Part shown: one piece after another, positions 28,621 through 37,487 of the stretch
How the letters are laid out: the number at the start of each line of letters is the position of its first letter
How positions within the stretch are numbered: position 1 is the stretch's first letter
NCBI GenBank assembly: GCA_046314355.1
Contig: JBKBWQ010000001.1
Coordinates: 864,001-928,000 of the forward strand
Reading direction: 5' to 3'
Source of the DNA: Candidatus Altimarinota bacterium
Lineage (GTDB): Bacteria > Patescibacteriota > Gracilibacteria > 1-14-2-50-48-13
Length of the DNA: 64,000 nucleotides
Translations under genes and position numbers: made by a program
Notes under the pieces: generated by a model
Seen by the model: only the letters and a program-made list of their open reading frames with translations
The model's database searches: none
What the model was told of the DNA's origin: nothing

Positions 28621-29985
28621 TTATTTCTTCTTACTATAATACTTCTTCTTCCCCATTCCTGTTCCATTTGGTTTCTGCGGGGCTCTTCCTGGTATAAATT
28701 TTGTGTTCTCAGGATACCTAGTAAACTTCTTTGGTTCTCCCTGCACTGCAGGTTTCTTTGAAAAGTCTTTTCTTTTAGGCCCATGATACGGCTGACCAGG
28801 CTTAGACTTTCCCTTTGCTTTAGGTACATAGAAAGCTTCATCAGGAAACTTCACAAAGAATGGATGGATATCTTCTACAGGAATATTTTTTGCGATAAGT
28901 TTTTCAATATCTACAAGATTCGGACATTCCTGCTCATCACAGAAAGAAAGTGCTGTACCTCCAAGCCCTGCTCTTCCGGTACGACCGATTCGGTGTACAT
29001 ATGTCTCAGGTTCTTCCGGCAGTTCAAAGTTTACTACGTGTGAAAGTTCATCAATATCGATACCTCTTGCTGCGATATCTGTTGCAACTAGTACACGGAT
29101 TTTCCCTGCTTTAAATTCACTCAAAGCTTTCTGACGGGCATTTTGAGATTTGTTGCCGTGAATTGCAAGGGCGTCGATACCTTTTGCTTTGAGATGATCC
29201 ACAAGCTGATTTGCTCCTCTCTTTGTCCTTGTAAATACAAGTAGAGATTCAATGGCGGGATCTTTTAAAATATGTACAAGCAGATCTTTCTTTTTACTTT
29301 TCTGAACAAAATATACAGACTGTTTAATCTTTTTTACAGTAGAAGCGGTAGGAGTCACTTCTATCTTGATAGGATTCTTGAGAATACTGTCCGCAAGCTT
29401 CATGATCTCTGGAGCCACAGTGGCAGAAAAGAACAATGACTGTCTAGACGTAGGAAGATACGTAATAATCCTCTTCACATCATGTATGAATCCCATATCC
29501 AGCATTCGGTCAGCCTCATCCAAGACAAAGATTTCAATCTCACGAAGATTGATAAAACCCTGTCCAATAAGGTCGAGAAGTCTTCCCGGAGTAGCGACAA
29601 GAACATCCACACCTTGGGAGAGTTTATTCACCTGATTTCCCTGCCCTACACCTCCAAAAATCACTGTATGTTTAATATCAGCATATCTTCCGTACGCGTC
29701 AAAGCTTTCTCCAATCTGAATAGCAAGTTCACGAGTAGGCGTACAAATAAGAGTTCTAAGTTTTCTTTTTTGCGTAGGGTCCTTTTTACTATTTTGAAGT
29801 ATATGGAGAATAGGCAGTGAAAATGCTGCAGTTTTACCAGTACCTGTCTGGGCGATACCAAATACATCACTACGTTTTAATATAGGTGGAATTGACCGTT
29901 CCTGAATAGGAGTAGGTATTGTGTACCCCTCTTCATCAAGAGCTTTCTGAATAATCGGTAGAAGACCTAGTTTTTCAAATAACAT
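28621..29985 (-). CDS. DEAD-box RNA helicase (RhlE-like)
   Basis: Q motif PTPIQ, AQTGTGKT, PTRELA, TPGRLLD, DEAD, SAT, ARGID, HRIGRTGR, basic tail. Confidence 0.95.
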   Translation of the reverse strand: MLFEKLGLLPIIQKALDEEGYTIPTPIQERSIPPILKRSDVFGIAQTGTGKTAAFSLPILHILQNSKKDPTQKRKLRTLICTPTRELAIQIGESFDAYGRYADIKHTVIFGGVGQGNQVNKLSQGVDVLVATPGRLLDLIGQGFINLREIEIFVLDEADRMLDMGFIHDVKRIITYLPTSRQSLFFSATVAPEIMKLADSILKNPIKIEVTPTASTVKKIKQSVYFVQKSKKKDLLVHILKDPAIESLLVFTRTKRGANQLVDHLKAKGIDALAIHGNKSQNARQKALSEFKAGKIRVLVATDIAARGIDIDELSHVVNFELPEEPETYVHRIGRTGRAGLGGTALSFCDEQECPNLVDIEKLIAKNIPVEDIHPFFVKFPDEAFYVPKAKGKSKPGQPYHGPKRKDFSKKPAVQGEPKKFTRYPENTKFIPGRAPQKPNGTGMGKKKYYSKKK

Positions 29986-30150
29986 TTTTCTTATAAATAA
30001 CTGAATTGTAATTGTACTGCATATTGACAGACCTTTAGAGCAAATGCAACGCTATAAAGGACTCTTTCATATTAATTATACTCCAAATTACAGTTTTGAG
30101 CAGATTATTTATTACCAGTCTTCTATTTAAAGGAAATGAAGAGCTAAACA

Positions 30151-30188
30151 AAACCCCCTTCTCTCTCATCTAAGTGAGAAGGGGGTTT
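30151..30188 (-). terminator. Terminator closing the ArsR/SRPBCC operon
   Basis: AAACCCCCTTCTC...GAGAAGGGGGTTT. Confidence 0.7.
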
Positions 30189-30194
30189 CCCATA

Positions 30195-30575
30195 TTATTT
30201 CCAGATTTTCTTCCAAAGATAATAGGAACTAAACATCACGATAAGACATATAATCGGGATCAATAATCCTACAAATAACATATTTCCAATATTTGGTGCA
30301 AAAGATATCGCTACACATGCTCCGATGAGATCAAATGTAAATCCTGCATATGCCCATTCTTTAATAGTCTTAAACTTATTTTGGATAAGAGCAATTGCAC
30401 CAAAAGTCTTTGCAGTTCCAAGGATCAAAAGAAAGTGGTCAGGATACCCCATCTGCTTTAAAGCCTGATCTCCTACTGAGTATGCGTAAAATTCTGCAAT
30501 TCCTGAGAGAAACATAAATGCTGCAAAAATCCCCGTAAGAATCCAGTAGGTAATTTGAAGAGCTTTTGTGCTCAT
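30195..30575 (-). CDS. DoxX-like membrane protein
   Basis: YWILTG...GYP..F...LG.AK..G...KEWAYAGF.F. Confidence 0.88.
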   Translation of the reverse strand: MSTKALQITYWILTGIFAAFMFLSGIAEFYAYSVGDQALKQMGYPDHFLLILGTAKTFGAIALIQNKFKTIKEWAYAGFTFDLIGACVAISFAPNIGNMLFVGLLIPIICLIVMFSSYYLWKKIWK

Positions 30576-30611
30576 TTGTTTGGAGTAATTGAGAGAGTAA
30601 ATTTAGAAGAA

Positions 30612-31013
30612 TTATTGTACCTGATTAGGATCCATATATACTACTTCCCAAATATGTCCGTCTAGATCCTGAAAACTCTTACTCACCATAAAGCCATAAT
30701 CCTGAGGAGCATTCCCTTCTGTCCCACCTGCAGCAAGTGCTTTCTGATACATTTCCTCTACTTCTTCCTTACTCTCAGCAGAAAAGGCATTCATTACTTC
30801 TACGTTATTAGTAGCATCCACAGGTGTTTTTTTTGTAAAACTCTGAAAGAATTCTGGAGTGAGAATCATGAGAAAAATATTATCTGCCATGACAATACAT
30901 GCAGCACTTTCGTTCGTAAACTGTTCATTAATAGTAAATCCAAGTTCAGTGTAGAATGTCTTTGATTTTTCAATATCTTTTACGCAGAGATTTACAAAGA
31001 TACTTCTTGCCAT
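30612..31013 (-). CDS. VOC/glyoxalase family protein
   Basis: IFVNL.VKD...S..FY..LGF...QDYGFM...FQDLDGH.WEV. Confidence 0.9.
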   Translation of the reverse strand: MARSIFVNLCVKDIEKSKTFYTELGFTINEQFTNESAACIVMADNIFLMILTPEFFQSFTKKTPVDATNNVEVMNAFSAESKEEVEEMYQKALAAGGTEGNAPQDYGFMVSKSFQDLDGHIWEVVYMDPNQVQ

Positions 31014-31046
31014 ATTTTTAAGATAAATATATAAATTACTTTTTTA

Positions 31047-31313
31047 TTACTTCTTTTCAGAAAGTTCCTTGATTTTCACAAGCGCCTTTTCCCAGGCAAT
31101 TGACATTGAATCATAGTTGTCCTCATCCATAGGAGCTTCTATGGAAAGATGAGAGACACCATCTTCATTACTAGAGAGACGGTATGTTTCTGTAGTGCCA
31201 GTAAATGACTTCACCATTTCACTTTCATAATCTTCTACTCCACCCTGAAGAAAACCGTTGTACTCTACTGTCACTATCTCTTCAGGAACATGCTCTACTA
31301 TCTTTCCGATCAT
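31047..31313 (-). pseudogene. N-terminally truncated SRPBCC paralogue
   Basis: Matches only the C-terminal half of 33093..33545 (ETYRL...M...YDSM..AW..A...IK.L.EKK); there is no room for the N-terminal half before the upstream gene. Confidence 0.6.
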
Positions 31314-31380
31314 ACCAAAGTCGTCTAGTGTAAAAGCTAAGAAATTGAAAATACTGCTTACTACTGATTGGAACTTAAAA

Positions 31381-31827
31381 CTATTTCTTCTCCTCTAAAC
31401 AATCCTGTTTTGAAAAATTGAGCATCCAGTCAAAACCGTATTTATCAGTGACCATACCAAACATATCTCCCCAGAATTCAGTTTTTACCTCTGAACCGAC
31501 TTCTCCTCCCTTTGAAAGATTTGCAAAGAAAGTTCTGATCTCCTCTTCACTCTTGCAGTGAATACAGACAGTCATTGCATTTCCAATAGTATATTTTACT
31601 CCGTCGGCGTATTCCATCATCACATCTGATGCAAGCAGGATAGATTCGCCATCTTTCATCAAAGCAGAATGCATCACTCTCTTCTTGGAAGCTTCATCAA
31701 AATCACCCGCAGCAGGGCTATCTCCTACTTTCATAATCTGAGCTTCAGCACCAAGAGCATCTGCATAAAAATTCATAGCTTCTTCGCAGTTACCATCAAA
31801 CATGAGGTAAGGATTGATCATTGTCAT
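31381..31827 (-). CDS. PhnB-like VOC family protein
   Basis: INPYLMFDGNCEEAMNFY...VMHS.L...FWGD.FGMVTDKYG..W. Confidence 0.9.
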   Translation of the reverse strand: MTMINPYLMFDGNCEEAMNFYADALGAEAQIMKVGDSPAAGDFDEASKKRVMHSALMKDGESILLASDVMMEYADGVKYTIGNAMTVCIHCKSEEEIRTFFANLSKGGEVGSEVKTEFWGDMFGMVTDKYGFDWMLNFSKQDCLEEKK

Positions 31828-31898
31828 AATACGAGGAACAAAATATAAAGTAACTAAAGTGTATCGCTACTGTGTTTTTATCGCAACGATTTGGAATA

Positions 31899-32090
31899 TT
31901 ATTTCTTGAAAGAAATATTTTTCTCTTTCATAGCTTCTTTTAAGATTTGTATTCCTTTCGGTCCCATACCGTGAAGAGCCAAAAGATCTTTTTCAGAATA
32001 TTCAGAGAGTTGTTCTAAAGTGGTAATACCTATTTCAAGCAATACTCTGTTAGCAGGCTTACTCACTTTAGGGATAGGAGTTTGTGACAT
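31899..32090 (-). CDS. Small RNA polymerase alpha-CTD-like (HhH) DNA-binding protein
   Basis: SKPANRVL...GITTLEQLS.YSEKDLLALHGMGPKGI; ATG 32090 avoids overlap with the upstream gene. Confidence 0.8.
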   Translation of the reverse strand: MSQTPIPKVSKPANRVLLEIGITTLEQLSEYSEKDLLALHGMGPKGIQILKEAMKEKNISFKK

Positions 32091-32094
32091 ATTT

Positions 32095-32571
32095 TTACTG
32101 AAGCGATTCGAGTAAAGCATAAAGGCGATCTGATCCTTCTCTGTCTCCTTCCTCCATACCGGAAGCAAGCATTCCTTCAAGATCTTCTCTACTTGCAAAC
32201 TGAGAGATATTTGTCATTCGTGTTCCTCCCTCTGCATCTTCCAAATTCATCGTCTCTACAATAATATGACCGGGCATCATCTCAAACTCGAAGGTCTGAA
32301 CGACCCTGTCCATTGGTGTAATTTCTTTATACACACCATTGAAGGCATATACATTTCCATCTTTATCACTTTGTACAAAACGCCATTCTCCACCGACTTT
32401 GGTATCCATTTTATCTACTACGGTTGTGAGATAGCCAGGTCCCCACCAATTCGGCACATGTTTTGGATCCAACAGCACTTCCCACATAAGCTTCCTGGGA
32501 GCATTGAAGACACGTGATGTTACGATCTGGAGATCTTCCTTTTTTACCGTATGCATCATTTCAGATTTCAT
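32095..32571 (-). CDS. SRPBCC/AHSA1 (START-fold) protein
   Basis: SRVFNAPR.L.W....DP.....WWGP...GGEWRF. Confidence 0.9.
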   Translation of the reverse strand: MKSEMMHTVKKEDLQIVTSRVFNAPRKLMWEVLLDPKHVPNWWGPGYLTTVVDKMDTKVGGEWRFVQSDKDGNVYAFNGVYKEITPMDRVVQTFEFEMMPGHIIVETMNLEDAEGGTRMTNISQFASREDLEGMLASGMEEGDREGSDRLYALLESLQ

Positions 32572-32581
32572 AGAGTATATA

Positions 32582-33067
32582 TTAATTAGTTAAACATTTT
32601 TCCATTTTATCCAAAGATGAATTCCATCCGCTCTCAGCATCAGATGACATATATGTTGGATGTCCTTCATGTACTAATGTTACTTTTGTCTTTCCATCAG
32701 TATCTTCTTCAAAAGTAACGGTCACGAGCATTTTCAAAGGAAAGCCTTTCATGCCGTATTTTTCAGCAGAAATAATGTTTCCCTTCTCATCTGTGAAAGA
32801 ATCTTCATAGACGAGTTTCTTTAAAGGATCAATTTCAAGATAGGTTCCGCCGCTATAAGCATCCTGCCCTTCAGGTGATCTCATCGCCATCAGATATTTT
32901 CCACCTACTTTCAGATCGATTTCGCAGAAAGGACAGGAGTAAGTCTCAGGTCCCCACCATTTTTTACACTGTTCAGGATCTGTCCAGGCACCCCAGACTT
33001 TTGCGATAGGTGCATTGAAAGTACGCACAATATGCAGTGTCTTTGGAGTAAGATCTAATTCAGTCAT
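32582..33067 (-). CDS. SRPBCC/AHSA1 (START-fold) protein
   Basis: RTFNAP...VW.AWTDP....WWGP...GW..SLDK. Confidence 0.9.
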   Translation of the reverse strand: MTELDLTPKTLHIVRTFNAPIAKVWGAWTDPEQCKKWWGPETYSCPFCEIDLKVGGKYLMAMRSPEGQDAYSGGTYLEIDPLKKLVYEDSFTDEKGNIISAEKYGMKGFPLKMLVTVTFEEDTDGKTKVTLVHEGHPTYMSSDAESGWNSSLDKMEKCLTN

Positions 33068-33092
33068 AAGAAAAAATTATAAATTAATATGT

Positions 33093-33545
33093 TTACTTCT
33101 TTTCAGCTAGCTTCTTGATTGTAGCAAATGCCTCATCCCATGCAGCGGACATCATATCGTAGTATTGTTCATCCATATCAGAATAGATATTGAGAAGAGT
33201 CACTCCATCTTTTTCTGTAAGCGTATAACTTTCTCTCGCACCAACCATAGATTTAGCTCCCTCGCTCTCTGTATCTATTTTTCCATTAGACAGCATTCCA
33301 AGATAACTAATCTCCATATATTCAAGAGGCTTATTTGTCTTTATCGTACCTGCAAGTCCCATACTTTCATCTCCGCTAGAAAAGACAACTCCTGTACCCT
33401 CTTTCCAGTCATCTGCCACTTCTGCACGAGATCCTTCTGAAAAAGCACCTGCCCATTTTGGGTAATTATTTACATCAAAAAGCACATTCCAGACCGCTTC
33501 TTTAGATGCATTAATTTCAACTGACTTTTGAATAGGTTTAATCAT
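33093..33545 (-). CDS. SRPBCC (START-fold) protein
   Basis: KSVEINASKEAVWNVL...Y..W...F.EGS...ESYTL; ATG 33545 preferred. Confidence 0.88.
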   Translation of the reverse strand: MIKPIQKSVEINASKEAVWNVLFDVNNYPKWAGAFSEGSRAEVADDWKEGTGVVFSSGDESMGLAGTIKTNKPLEYMEISYLGMLSNGKIDTESEGAKSMVGARESYTLTEKDGVTLLNIYSDMDEQYYDMMSAAWDEAFATIKKLAEKK

Positions 33546-33573
33546 GATATTGTAAGATAAGAAATAAGACTGA

Positions 33574-34023
33574 TTATTGTACCATTGTTTCCAGCAAAGT
33601 ACCAAGCCTAGTGATATTCTGCTCATTTGGCTCACTTACATAAGGCTTCATTCGTGCGCATTCCTCCGGAGTTTCAAAGCCCATGACCCACGTCATCTTT
33701 GTTCCCTCATTCACTTCTTCGAAGAGAGCTGTAATAGTAAAGTAATGTGTAGACAAATGTTCAAAAACTATTTTCTCGTTTTCAACAATCTCGATAAATC
33801 TGCTTTCATTTTTGTAATCGATACCAGTTGGACCATGGAGAATAAATTTCCATTCACCTCCGGGTCGAAAATCAAATTCGTGAAAAGTACTAGTGAAACC
33901 GTCTGGTCCCCACCAGCGCGTCAAAAGTGCCGCGTCTGACCAGGCTTTCCAGACAAGTTCCCTTGAACATAGAAATATTCGTGTATGTACAAGTGATTTC
34001 TCCGGATCAAATTTGTAAGTCAT
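33574..34023 (-). CDS. SRPBCC/AHSA1 protein
   Basis: RELVWKAWSD...WWGPDGFT..FHEFDFRPGG.W...HGP.G. Confidence 0.9.
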   Translation of the reverse strand: MTYKFDPEKSLVHTRIFLCSRELVWKAWSDAALLTRWWGPDGFTSTFHEFDFRPGGEWKFILHGPTGIDYKNESRFIEIVENEKIVFEHLSTHYFTITALFEEVNEGTKMTWVMGFETPEECARMKPYVSEPNEQNITRLGTLLETMVQ

Positions 34024-34034
34024 AGAATATTGAA

Positions 34035-34499
34035 TTATGAAAGGTTTTGAAGATACTCTACAAGCTTATTCATTGTCTGATTCTGTCCTTCAATCGCACC
34101 AACTTCTTCTATAACTCTCTTTCTTTCCTCTGCAGTCTGAAAGACCATAGACATAGTCAGGAGAGTTTTTTCTCCCTGTTTTTCAAAGGTAACTGTAACA
34201 TTAAATTTATGAGTATCCTTTGGATCATCAGAACTATGATAATACTCTAGAAGCTCTGGTTCCTTCACTTTAGTATAACGAACTACATTCGGCCAATCAA
34301 CACCGTCAGGTCCATGCATGATAAATCTCCAGCTGCCTCCTTCTTTCACTTCCATACTTTCAATAGTATTTGTGAAGCCATTTGGTCCCCACCACAGAGC
34401 AATATGCTTTGGATCTGTCCAAACTTCCCACACCAATTCTCTTGGTGCATTCAGTAGTCGTGATGATTCAATTGTTCTATTTTCAATATCAGTAGTCAT
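34035..34499 (-). CDS. SRPBCC/AHSA1 protein
   Basis: R.LNAPRELVWEVWTDP.H...WWGPNGFT...GG.WRF.MHGPDG. Confidence 0.9.
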   Translation of the reverse strand: MTTDIENRTIESSRLLNAPRELVWEVWTDPKHIALWWGPNGFTNTIESMEVKEGGSWRFIMHGPDGVDWPNVVRYTKVKEPELLEYYHSSDDPKDTHKFNVTVTFEKQGEKTLLTMSMVFQTAEERKRVIEEVGAIEGQNQTMNKLVEYLQNLS

Positions 34500-34535
34500 A
34501 GGTTTTAGTAAAAAATAATAATAGTGAGTCTGGTG

Positions 34536-34666
34536 CGTTATCCTGAGTGACAGAAGGGAGTCGAAGGATCTGTCTTTAGCACCTACTTTGAGCTATTTCC
34601 GAATACAGATCCTTCGATGGAGTTTATCCTGATGACAATCAGGACTACGCTTCACTCAGGATGACG
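34536..34666. repeat. REP/REPIN-like inverted-repeat element, copy 2
   Basis: CGTTATCCTGAGTGA...TCGAAGGATCTGT / ACAGATCCTTCGA...TCACTCAGGATGACG; same arms as 20811..20971. Confidence 0.75.
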
Positions 34667-34672
34667 TGTCAC

Positions 34673-35176
34673 TTACGCCTCCTCCCCAGCCAACAAAGCA
34701 TCGAGCTTATCAAATGTTCCCTTAAATCCTCCATTCATAGACTCAAACATTCCTTCATAGAAAGCCTGCCCTTCAGGAGTCGCATCAACAGGTCCGCCTG
34801 TAAGAGTAAGTGTTGTCTTTCCATCATGCTCTTCAAACTTAAAAACATTTTTTATTCTCAAGGGAAATACATCGCTAAAAGCAGGCTGAGTCACATTCCC
34901 TTCCGGATCTGAAAAAGAGCTTACAAATATAATTGTGTCAGGTTCTTTGATATCTTCATATACAAAAAGTCCCCACATAACATTAGCCCCAGCAGTCATG
35001 GAGTAATGAAATCTACCACCTGGACGAAAATCAAATTCTTTCGCTTCCAGGTCAAACCCCTTCGGTCCCCACCATTTTGCAAACTGCTCTTTTTCAGACC
35101 ATGCTTTCCAAACCACATCGCGAGGCGCATTTAAGGTCCGTGTAATTACTAATTTCTTAGGAGTGTTTTCCATCAT
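34673..35176 (-). CDS. SRPBCC/AHSA1 protein
   Basis: ITR.LNAPR..VWKAWS....WWGPKGF...DFRPGG.FHY; start at 35173 or 35176. Confidence 0.9.
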   Translation of the reverse strand: MMENTPKKLVITRTLNAPRDVVWKAWSEKEQFAKWWGPKGFDLEAKEFDFRPGGRFHYSMTAGANVMWGLFVYEDIKEPDTIIFVSSFSDPEGNVTQPAFSDVFPLRIKNVFKFEEHDGKTTLTLTGGPVDATPEGQAFYEGMFESMNGGFKGTFDKLDALLAGEEA

Positions 35177-35504
35177 TTTTTTGAATAGAAGATAAATAAT
35201 TTTCAAGTGAATCAAGTCTTTCCTCCCACATCTCTTTGTATTTCTCCAGATACTCGGAGGCTTCCGAAAGAGCTGCAGGTGATAGCTGCACATATTGTTC
35301 CTTTCCACTTCGGCGTTTGAGAATAAGCTTCGCTTTCTCCAATATTTTAAGATGTTTGGAGATGGCAGCGAGACTCATAGAGTACGGCTTCGCGATTTCG
35401 CTCACCGTCAGCTCTTCCTTTGCCACACGTGTGAGAATGTCACGACGGGTTGGATCCGCAAGAGAACCGAAAATAGAATCTAAACTGAGTGTATATTCAA
35501 CCAT
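35157..35504 (-). CDS. ArsR/SmtB family transcriptional regulator
   Basis: LDSIF.SLADPTRR.IL...AISKHLKILE.A.LI...W...LD.L. Confidence 0.93.
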   Translation of the reverse strand: MVEYTLSLDSIFGSLADPTRRDILTRVAKEELTVSEIAKPYSMSLAAISKHLKILEKAKLILKRRSGKEQYVQLSPAALSEASEYLEKYKEMWEERLDSLENYLSSIQKNDGKHS

Positions 35505-35541
35505 ATGGTTAAATGATAGATGATGAATATGGATTCGTCAA
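35495..35541 (-). promoter_or_regulatory. Promoter and palindromic operator over the ArsR start codon
   Basis: Minus strand TTGACG-N17-TATCAT, then 8 nt to the ATG; palindrome ATTCAACCATATGGTTAAAT (35495-35514). Confidence 0.75.
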
Positions 35542-35607
35542 ATGTTTCTCCTAAATTTTTAAGAAACGAAGCTCTCACTAGCTAACAGTAACCCCGGAAC
35601 AATCCCG

Positions 35608-35862
35608 TTATTGCTGATGGTCACTGATATAAAAGACTATCAAATTCTCTTCTTCAACATAAGAATAGCAGCGATACTTTTGAGAGATTCTAAACTGATA
35701 AATCTTCTTTGATTTAGGCTCTCTTATTTTAAAATCAACACTACCAAAATGACCTCCTAGTATATATGCCTTAGCTTTTTTGTACCTATCTACAAGACTC
35801 CTCTCTTTTAGATATTCTCCAACTTCAACACTTTCCAGGATATTGTGAATAACTAAACTCAT
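35608..35862 (-). CDS. RelE/ParE-superfamily toxin (type II TA)
   Basis: 84 aa, basic, ...IYQFRISQKYRCY...; directly downstream of a Phd-like gene. Confidence 0.7.
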   Translation of the reverse strand: MSLVIHNILESVEVGEYLKERSLVDRYKKAKAYILGGHFGSVDFKIREPKSKKIYQFRISQKYRCYSYVEEENLIVFYISDHQQ

Positions 35863-35869
35863 AAAAGTA

Positions 35870-36130
35870 TTATAGATTGAGCAACTTTGATTGTGGAAGT
35901 TTACTGGTCTTTTCATATGCCTTTTTCGCTTCCTCAGGTAAGTTAGAGAATGTAACCTGTTCTAAGAGTACAGGCGCTTCCAGCTGTTCAAAATAATCTA
36001 CATCTACAAGTACAGCCACAGGCTTATTGTTGCTTAAGATAAACTTATACCCTATTTCTTTCAGACCTTTTAGCGACTTTTTTGTATCCATGCGAAGAGT
36101 AGTAACGGAGAGAAATTTATCCTGAAGCAT
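35870..36130 (-). CDS. Phd/YefM family antitoxin
   Basis: LSVTTLR...ILSNNKPVAVLVDVDYFEQL. Confidence 0.8.
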   Translation of the reverse strand: MLQDKFLSVTTLRMDTKKSLKGLKEIGYKFILSNNKPVAVLVDVDYFEQLEAPVLLEQVTFSNLPEEAKKAYEKTSKLPQSKLLNL

Positions 36131-36145
36131 ACGTACATTTATAAC

Positions 36146-36188
36146 AAATTAGTATCTAAATTATATACTAAATTTATATCTACATCAA
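36146..36188 (-). promoter_or_regulatory. TA operon promoter with overlapping inverted repeat
   Basis: Minus strand TTGATG-N17-TATAAT; AAATTAGTAT...ATACTAAATTT inverted repeat across the -10. Confidence 0.65.
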
Positions 36189-36423
36189 GAATCTACTTTA
36201 GTATGAAAGAAAATTAAAGAAATACAATAAAAGTAGAGATGCTTGTGTTGTAGTTCTTTATAAACAGATGCTTTTCATGTTTCTCTTGGTGAGAAAGTAA
36301 AGAATATAAAATAAACTGTCTAATATGTATTTTTTGATACTCAAATAAATTACTTATATATACTATTTGAACTATTTCAAAAATAGACGTATATTTATAG
36401 ATCATCCTCTAACCACAACAATT

Positions 36424-36915
36424 ATGGAAAGATCTGAGGCAGTAAAAACTCTCGCAGAAAAAATAAAAGGAATAAATACGGTTATGTATGCAACCATAGC
36501 AAAAGAACAATACATCCATGCACGTCCTATGGCAGTTCAACAAATGGAATTCGACGGAGACTTCTGGTTTATGACCTCAGAGGAAAGTACAAAGATTCAT
36601 GAAATAGAAAAAGATTCTCACGTAAATCTTACCTTCGTGGATCATGGAAAAAGTACTTATGTCTCAGTTTCAGGAAAAGCTATGATCATAAAAGATCAGC
36701 AGAAAATAGATGAACTCTGGAATGATTTTTATAAAGCCTGGTTTCCAAAAGGAAAAGAAGATCCATCAATCAGGCTTATAAAAGTACAGGTAGATAGTGC
36801 AGAATATTGGGATGTGCCTGGAGGTAAGATGGCAATGATTACAGGATTTATAAAAAGCTTAGTTACCGGAAAACCTGCGGATGATATTGGGGAAAATGAG
36901 GAGTTGAAACTATAA
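36424..36915 (+). CDS. General stress protein 26 / pyridoxamine-5'-phosphate oxidase-like flavin-binding protein
   Basis: ARPM...DG..WF.T...K..EI...YVSVSG...W...KAWFP.G..DP...AEYWD. Confidence 0.9.
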   Translation: MERSEAVKTLAEKIKGINTVMYATIAKEQYIHARPMAVQQMEFDGDFWFMTSEESTKIHEIEKDSHVNLTFVDHGKSTYVSVSGKAMIIKDQQKIDELWNDFYKAWFPKGKEDPSIRLIKVQVDSAEYWDVPGGKMAMITGFIKSLVTGKPADDIGENEELKL

Positions 36916-36916
36916 C

Positions 36917-36954
36917 AAAAAAAGACTTCTTACATCTATGTGAGAAGTCTTTTT
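36917..36954. terminator. Bidirectional terminator between convergent genes
   Basis: AAAAAGACTTCTTACAT-CT-ATGTGAGAAGTCTTTTT. Confidence 0.75.
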
Positions 36955-36958
36955 GAAC

Positions 36959-37444
36959 TTACATCATACTCGACGCCTCAATTTCATTGAGTTTGAGTCT
37001 GTAAAAACCTATCATCGCAAGTATCATAATCTCCTGAGAAATTTTTTCTTCTGAGATTACATGCGCTGCAGGCTTCCCTTTTCTCCAGCTCCATAGTGCC
37101 TGGATAGTCATGAGAATGTTTTCCGTAGCTTCATCTTTCCATAGTAATCTTGGATTCCAGAATCCTGCACACTGAAGCGTATACTTTTTTTCATTATATT
37201 CAAACGTATAAATAGGATTCCAGAAACCTGATTTTTTGAGTTCAACTATAGTACCCTTAGGATCTGTCACAATAATCTTTTGCGTATCCCACCCTTGGTA
37301 AGAAAATTTCCATACATCCTCTCCCAACTGAGCTTCTGTATCTTTATAGCTCCATTTATTTTTAAACGTAAATGTACCAATCATACTGAAATCATTTCGC
37401 AGTTCATACTGATTGGCACTAGTGCGGAAAAAGGTAATGTTCAT
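36959..37444 (-). CDS. Hypothetical beta-rich protein
   Basis: 161 aa with an internal GFWNP duplication and a C-terminal hydrophobic helix. Confidence 0.65.
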   Translation of the reverse strand: MNITFFRTSANQYELRNDFSMIGTFTFKNKWSYKDTEAQLGEDVWKFSYQGWDTQKIIVTDPKGTIVELKKSGFWNPIYTFEYNEKKYTLQCAGFWNPRLLWKDEATENILMTIQALWSWRKGKPAAHVISEEKISQEIMILAMIGFYRLKLNEIEASSMM

Positions 37445-37487
37445 AGGTAAACTATAGCAGATCTTTCCATGCTATAAAAGAGACTTC

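Noticed and set aside
31899-36423. Long ORF-track starts (32198, 33635, 35308, 35916, 36367)
   Set aside because: They overlap neighbouring genes or add non-homologous N-termini; downstream ATGs fit the family starts.
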